Assembly (NCBI GenBank): GCA_046757025.1
Contig: JBHHXN010000026.1
Span: forward strand, 1-42,267
Length of the DNA: 42,267 nt
From: a bacterium
GTDB taxonomy: Bacteria > Zhuqueibacterota > Zhuqueibacteria > Oceanimicrobiales > Oceanimicrobiaceae
Reading direction: 5' to 3'
Made by a program: the position numbers and the translations under genes
Part shown: positions 37,292-42,267 of the stretch, piece after piece
How positions within the stretch are numbered: position 1 is the first letter of the stretch
Layout of the letters: every line of letters begins with the position of its first letter
The notes under the pieces: model-generated
Databases searched by the model: none
What the model was told of the DNA's origin: nothing
The model's input: the letters and a program-made list of their open reading frames with translations, nothing else

Positions 37292-38542
37292 TTAAAGTAA
37301 GCCGCCAATTCCTATGATGCCGGTGATGGCCATGAAAACCGTAAAAACAAAAATGAATCCGAGAATTATATTCAAACCCAAAGATGCTTTGTGCTCTCCC
37401 ATGAGCTCCGGTTTGTTTTGCAAAAACAGCATCAACAGCACGATCACCGGCGTGGCCATGGCCGCCAGTACCTGGGAAACGATCATCACCAGCACCGGCC
37501 GGCCACCGAATATCGGCACCACCAGTCCGAGACTGACTGTGAACAGAGCGATGAGTCGATTGTATTTCAGCGTCATGTCCCGTGGGCGGTTCATTATATC
37601 CGCCAACAGCCAGGGCGCTAACAGAATATGGGGAAAGAGCGATGACAAACCGGCGCTCACAATGCCAGCCACAAAAATGGAAATCGCGAAACGGCCCGCC
37701 AGCGGCTCCAGCAGTTTCACCATGTCGATGGCGTTGTCCACGGTCAGCCCCAGCGGATAAAGTGTGCCGGCGGCGCAGGCCATAATAGCCGCACTCAGAA
37801 TAAACATCATCAACGCCGAAATAAACGCATCGCGTTTTTCTTCTTTGAGATTGGCCACAGTCCAGCCCTTTTCCTGTACCAGAATGGAGCGCATAATATA
37901 CAGCACCCCGCCCATGGTGGTGCCCACCATGCCAGCGATGAGCAAAGCCGCGTTGGTCTCCTGTGGAATTTTGGGCACCAGTCCTTTGATAACATCCATG
38001 GGATGTGGAATGACCATGAACATCGTCATAATAAAACTGGCTCCCATGACTGCCACAAACACCATCAGTATCTTTTCGAAGAAATGGTACTTGCCGTTCC
38101 AGAAAAGAAAATAGATCAGGCCGCCGAACAGAATGCTTAAAATGAGCATGCTAAACCCTTCGCCAGAGGGGGTCAGCGGCCGCGACCATTCTTTGACCAC
38201 TTCGGTGACCACGCCCATCACACCCGTAAACGCCACCCATTCGCTGAACACCACCGAGATCAGCACAAAGATGGCGCTGCCTTTGCCAAAATGTTTTCGA
38301 AAACCGAACAAAGCGGTGTTGCCGGTAATGGCGGTAAAGCGGCCAAAGGTGACGATTAATATGTAAGTAAATATACATGACAAAAGCAGCGGCCACACCA
38401 GCGTCATGCTGTATTTTGCACCAGTGGAGGCGGCGGTGGTGACACTGCCCGTGCCGATATTATAGCCGATGAGAAAAATACCAGGACCAATTGAAGCTAA
38501 AAACAGCTTGGATTTTTGCCAGATTGATATTTTATCTGTCAC
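37292..38542 (-). CDS. NRAMP/MntH-related transporter of a non-canonical clade
   Basis: IGPG...IGTGSVTT..GA.Y...L.W, EK, GTT and AG.SS motifs; lacks DPGN and MPH. The GTG at 38542 has GGAGG 5 nt upstream. Confidence 0.8.
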   Translation of the reverse strand: MTDKISIWQKSKLFLASIGPGIFLIGYNIGTGSVTTAASTGAKYSMTLVWPLLLSCIFTYILIVTFGRFTAITGNTALFGFRKHFGKGSAIFVLISVVFSEWVAFTGVMGVVTEVVKEWSRPLTPSGEGFSMLILSILFGGLIYFLFWNGKYHFFEKILMVFVAVMGASFIMTMFMVIPHPMDVIKGLVPKIPQETNAALLIAGMVGTTMGGVLYIMRSILVQEKGWTVANLKEEKRDAFISALMMFILSAAIMACAAGTLYPLGLTVDNAIDMVKLLEPLAGRFAISIFVAGIVSAGLSSLFPHILLAPWLLADIMNRPRDMTLKYNRLIALFTVSLGLVVPIFGGRPVLVMIVSQVLAAMATPVIVLLMLFLQNKPELMGEHKASLGLNIILGFIFVFTVFMAITGIIGIGGLL

Positions 38543-38555
38543 CTTATCCTCCATT

Positions 38556-40277
38556 TCAAGCGCCGATTTGCGCCAAGTATATCGCCAGGAAAACCATAAT
38601 AAAGGCAAGCGCCGCAGCAACCAGGAATCCCAGGATATCGGTTCGGTATCTTTTCCAGGTAAATTTCTTTTTCAACGAAAACAAATCCACCAGCAGCAAT
38701 CCGTCATCATCAGGTGGAGCGGAAATGTACTTTTCAATTTTAGACGATTGTAATGATTTGGCGGTTTTGCCGATGGACTGGCCTTCCAGTTTGATTTCAA
38801 CTCCGGCGTCGCGCAGACGCTGTTCCTCACCCACGGGCGTGTCGAGCAGTTTATAAAATTTTCGCAGTTGTTCTTGCGGTTCGGGTTGGGTGAACTTGCT
38901 CACCAGATACATAAGAATTATTCCCACAGGCAGATAAAGGGCAATTTGATGCTGCACCGGCCAGTTCAGAAAATTGCCCGTATAAATTGAGATAGCGGCC
39001 ATGGCTACCGCGCTAGTGATGGCGCCGTAGCGGTTGGCCCTTTTCCACATAACTCCGAACCAGAATGCCACGCCCAGATAGGCCGTCACCTTCCACACTT
39101 CTATCAACCCGGCAATGACACTCGGGAAAACAAACGCAAAAAATACCCCGCCAGCCACGATGAAGACCGATGAAATTCTGGCGGTTTTTAACAGTTGCTT
39201 ATCTGTGGCTTTCGGATTAATATATGGCAAATAAATATTGCGGGTGAATAAGGCCGAGCCGTGCACCATAAAAGCGTCGCAGGTGGACATCACAGCCGCG
39301 ATCATGGCCGCGATCATCAATCCCACCAATCCCACCGGCAGCAAGTTTTTGGCGGCCATGCCAAACGCCAATTCCCGCTCGGTCATCCCCAGGCCCGGAT
39401 AAAGAAAAGCCGCAAACACCCCAATAAAAGCCCAGCCCATGGTGGCGAAGCGTTTCAGAAAATTACCATAGGTCCAGCCGGTGCGACAGGCTATTTCGGT
39501 TTTACCCGCGCCGCCGATAGCCATGTGGTGCGGTTGTATCACAATACCAGCCAGGCCGTTAATCACCACCATAATTATGAAAAACAGGGTAACTTCTTCT
39601 GGCGCCACCAGACTGAACATGTGTTCCGGCAGTCCCGCGTGCATGTCCGACAAACTGCCAGCCGCGGACAACGCAAAAGGAATCAATATGAACGACAGCA
39701 CTAAAATCAGCACCCCCTGAATCGTGTCCGTCACCACCGCCGCAATCAGACCGCCGGCCAACCCATAGACTACGAACAAAACCGTGGCCATGAGAATGGT
39801 GACCTCTTCTGAAATCACGCTGCCCGTCAAACCCTCTATGGTAATGCCCGTTCCCTTTAGCATGATGCCGATGTCCATGCAAAAAAACAGCACGCCCATG
39901 ATGGTGTAAATGACTGCCAGCGCATTGCCGTATCTTTCCTGAAAAAAATCCGCCATGGTGATGTAGCGCAACCGGCGGTAAATCGGAGCGATCATCCAGT
40001 AAAAGGGGGTGGCAAACATCCACATCCATTGATACCAGATGCCCGCAAGCCCGTTTGTGTAAGAAGCGCCGGTTACCGACACCGGCTGATCCGTGTGTGT
40101 GCCGGTACCGAACGCCTGAGCGATCATCAGCACCTTGCCGAAGCGGCGGTTGCCCATGAAAAAATCGCCAGAGGATTTAATTTTCTTTCGCGTCCAGACT
40201 CCCACGGCAGTAATGCCGACAAAGTATCCGGCCAGGACTATCCAATCGAGCCAAGAGATTCCAAGCATGTTTTTCAT
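38556..40277 (-). CDS. Sodium:solute symporter (SSS family)
   Basis: LDWIVL..YF, DFFMGNRRFG, FFQERYG, GGL.A.V.TD.IQG and A.IAA.MST motifs. Confidence 0.92.
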   Translation of the reverse strand: MKNMLGISWLDWIVLAGYFVGITAVGVWTRKKIKSSGDFFMGNRRFGKVLMIAQAFGTGTHTDQPVSVTGASYTNGLAGIWYQWMWMFATPFYWMIAPIYRRLRYITMADFFQERYGNALAVIYTIMGVLFFCMDIGIMLKGTGITIEGLTGSVISEEVTILMATVLFVVYGLAGGLIAAVVTDTIQGVLILVLSFILIPFALSAAGSLSDMHAGLPEHMFSLVAPEEVTLFFIIMVVINGLAGIVIQPHHMAIGGAGKTEIACRTGWTYGNFLKRFATMGWAFIGVFAAFLYPGLGMTERELAFGMAAKNLLPVGLVGLMIAAMIAAVMSTCDAFMVHGSALFTRNIYLPYINPKATDKQLLKTARISSVFIVAGGVFFAFVFPSVIAGLIEVWKVTAYLGVAFWFGVMWKRANRYGAITSAVAMAAISIYTGNFLNWPVQHQIALYLPVGIILMYLVSKFTQPEPQEQLRKFYKLLDTPVGEEQRLRDAGVEIKLEGQSIGKTAKSLQSSKIEKYISAPPDDDGLLLVDLFSLKKKFTWKRYRTDILGFLVAAALAFIMVFLAIYLAQIGA

Positions 40278-40325
40278 TTCGGGTTTCGAGTTTCGGGTTT
40301 CGAGTTTCGGGTTTTAAGTTTTGAG
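40277..40325. repeat. Heptamer tandem repeat (7 units)
   Basis: TTTCGGG TTTCGAG TTTCGGG TTTCGAG TTTCGGG TTTTAAG TTTTGAG. Confidence 0.85.
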
Positions 40326-42101
40326 TTTTCGCCAGTGGTTGCGTACGGAGAAAGCAGCAGATTTGGGCTGTCTTTCCCGATTGAACACGCCTTTTTTATT
40401 CAGCACCACACGCCGGAAATGCTGGGCAGTACGGAAATCTGCAAAATTCCATATATGCTCGCCGACGGTAAAATTCAGGGATTCTATGACCTCAAAGTAT
40501 TTTTGAATCAACTGCACCTGGTATTCTTCCGTAAACATCTGCGGATAAGTGGCATGTTCGCCCTCGATGGTATCCGCACCCAACTCAGAGACAAAAATCG
40601 GCTTGCGATATTTTTTGTGTAAATTTTCTAATTCTTCCTTCAGCTTGATGGCCGCCTTTTCAATATCGCCGGGGATTTCGTACCAGCCCCAGTAACGATT
40701 CACAGAAATAAAATCGCAAAATTGGTAGCCGAGATCCCGGTCGCCCCACATCGAACACGTGGGGATGGTCACCGGCCGGCTGGGGTCCTCTTGCTTGACA
40801 AAATCGTAGAGCGTTTGCCAATAAGCCTTCGCCTTTGCAGACATGGCTTCTGGCTCACCCCAGATGCCCGGTTCGTTGGCAATGCTCCAACTGATAACGC
40901 ACGGATGATTGCGATCGCGATCGAGCAATTGCTGCAGCGATTTTCTATGATTCGCCAACGTTTTTTCATTCACAAACTTGAAATTCAAGCTGACGGCCGG
41001 CACCTCATCGATCACCAGAAATCCCAGCCGGTCTGCCATCTGCATAACTTCTTCCGCGTACGGATAATGAGACGTGCGAAACGAATTGGCGCCGATCCAT
41101 TGCATGAGGTGAAAATCTTTCACGATCAACGGGCTGCTAAATCCCTTGCCAAGCACGGAAAAATCTTCATGCTTACCGAAACCGCGCAGAAAAATCGGTT
41201 GGCCATTCAGCAGCAGTTCGGAATCCGTCACCTTCACCTCACGCACGCCGGTTTCAAGCAGGTACTCATCTATTAGCTGATTCTTCTGCCCAAACAGCTC
41301 GAATTGCAATTGATAAAGATGGGGTTTTTCGGGACGCCAGAATTGACAATCCTCAATGGAAAATTGGCCAGCGATAGTTGCGCTGTCTAATTTCAGTGTT
41401 TCACTGGCCAAATTTTGATCGCCATCCCATAAGGTGATTTTCACCTGCGAAAATTCTGAAGGGTTCTGGAAATCCGCCTGCCACAAAAGCTGACCCTTTT
41501 CACCTACTATTTTCGATTCCACTTTTAAGCAGTCTAAATACTGCTGGGGTAACACATACAGCTTCACCGGCCGGTGAATGCCGCCGTACATGAAAAAATC
41601 AAAGACCGTGGGCGGATAGGTTTCCTCCCGCTCCTTGTTGAAAGAAGCATAGTCGGCCGGCGAAACACCCTGAGGAATGCTATCGTAAGACAGCAGATTT
41701 TGCACCTGCAGGATCAGCCGATTTTTTTTGTCGAAATTTACTTTTTCAGTGATTTCAAACTCAAAGGGCAAAAAGCCGCTGTCATGCCCACCCACGATTT
41801 CGCCGTTGAGCCAGACCTGACAACCGAAGTCCACGGATCCAAAACGGATGAAAATCCGTTGATTTATAAAATGGTCGGGAATAAAAAAATCTTTAGAATA
41901 CCACACGGTACCTATGTAATTCATCAAACCCATTTCAGCCAACTGCTCGTTCCAGCTACCCGGCACACCTACAACGGTGTCGGGCTCAAATCCCTGGCTC
42001 CAACCCTGTTCTACACCGGTGGCTTCCGGATCGACTTTCAGCTCCCAAAAGCCGCACAAATCGATGACCGTCCTGCATCGATTATTCTGTGGATATAGCA
42101 A
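40314..42101 (-). CDS. uidA: Beta-glucuronidase (GH2), cytoplasmic
   Basis: MLYP, VPGSWNEQ, FDFF.YGGIHRPV, GFGKHED, ANSFRTSHYPY, WSIANEP (acid/base), SELGAD (nucleophile), WNFADF and the GUS-specific NKKG motif; TTG start with a GGGAG Shine-Dalgarno sequence. Confidence 0.93.
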   Translation of the reverse strand: MLYPQNNRCRTVIDLCGFWELKVDPEATGVEQGWSQGFEPDTVVGVPGSWNEQLAEMGLMNYIGTVWYSKDFFIPDHFINQRIFIRFGSVDFGCQVWLNGEIVGGHDSGFLPFEFEITEKVNFDKKNRLILQVQNLLSYDSIPQGVSPADYASFNKEREETYPPTVFDFFMYGGIHRPVKLYVLPQQYLDCLKVESKIVGEKGQLLWQADFQNPSEFSQVKITLWDGDQNLASETLKLDSATIAGQFSIEDCQFWRPEKPHLYQLQFELFGQKNQLIDEYLLETGVREVKVTDSELLLNGQPIFLRGFGKHEDFSVLGKGFSSPLIVKDFHLMQWIGANSFRTSHYPYAEEVMQMADRLGFLVIDEVPAVSLNFKFVNEKTLANHRKSLQQLLDRDRNHPCVISWSIANEPGIWGEPEAMSAKAKAYWQTLYDFVKQEDPSRPVTIPTCSMWGDRDLGYQFCDFISVNRYWGWYEIPGDIEKAAIKLKEELENLHKKYRKPIFVSELGADTIEGEHATYPQMFTEEYQVQLIQKYFEVIESLNFTVGEHIWNFADFRTAQHFRRVVLNKKGVFNRERQPKSAAFSVRNHWRKLKT

Positions 42102-42267
42102 TCAATTTCTCCCTTCATTTAGTTCAGTTCATTCTATTCAAACCATATTCAAAACGTTATCTGATTCCATGAATCAATTATTTCAAAACCATGAAACGGT
42201 ATCTGATTTTTTGCTTAAACTCCGCGTCTGGTTTTTGCACTTTCATAACGATTGGGTAAGCTTTTAT

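Overview
A 42-kb bacterial carbohydrate-catabolism region in which every credible gene lies on the minus strand. The host is possibly an FCB-group or KSB1/Calditrichota-like organism; this is inference only. In transcription order (right to left) there are three blocks. (1) A uronic-acid/N-acetylhexosamine glycan block of about 27 kb: GH2 beta-glucuronidase, SSS symporter, NRAMP-like transporter, GH28, GH20, GH105, nagA, kduD, DUF4861-like lipoprotein, kduI, TRAP dctPQM, nagB-like, UxuB-like SDR, gnd, a LarA-superfamily (GntE-like) epimerase, a HAD hydrolase, kdgK and eda. (2) An AT-rich island of about 5 kb: multi-GAF histidine kinase, stand-alone receiver, a chimeric hypothetical/antitoxin-like protein and an HNH nuclease. 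(3) A phytate/inositol module: GntR-LacI regulator with a perfect sigma70 promoter and a palindromic operator, Thermotoga-type IolM, OPA-family MFS transporter, TM0415/IolK-like kinase, beta-propeller phytase and an Rbs-type ABC transporter. The intergenic spaces carry several families of REP/MITE-like palindromic elements, some nested inside one another. The best candidates for an undescribed system are a phytase-coupled Thermotoga-type inositol pathway next to a GntE/HAD/Gnd sugar-acid shunt, and the sensor-kinase-linked HNH module. All product calls come from motif recognition without database searches.
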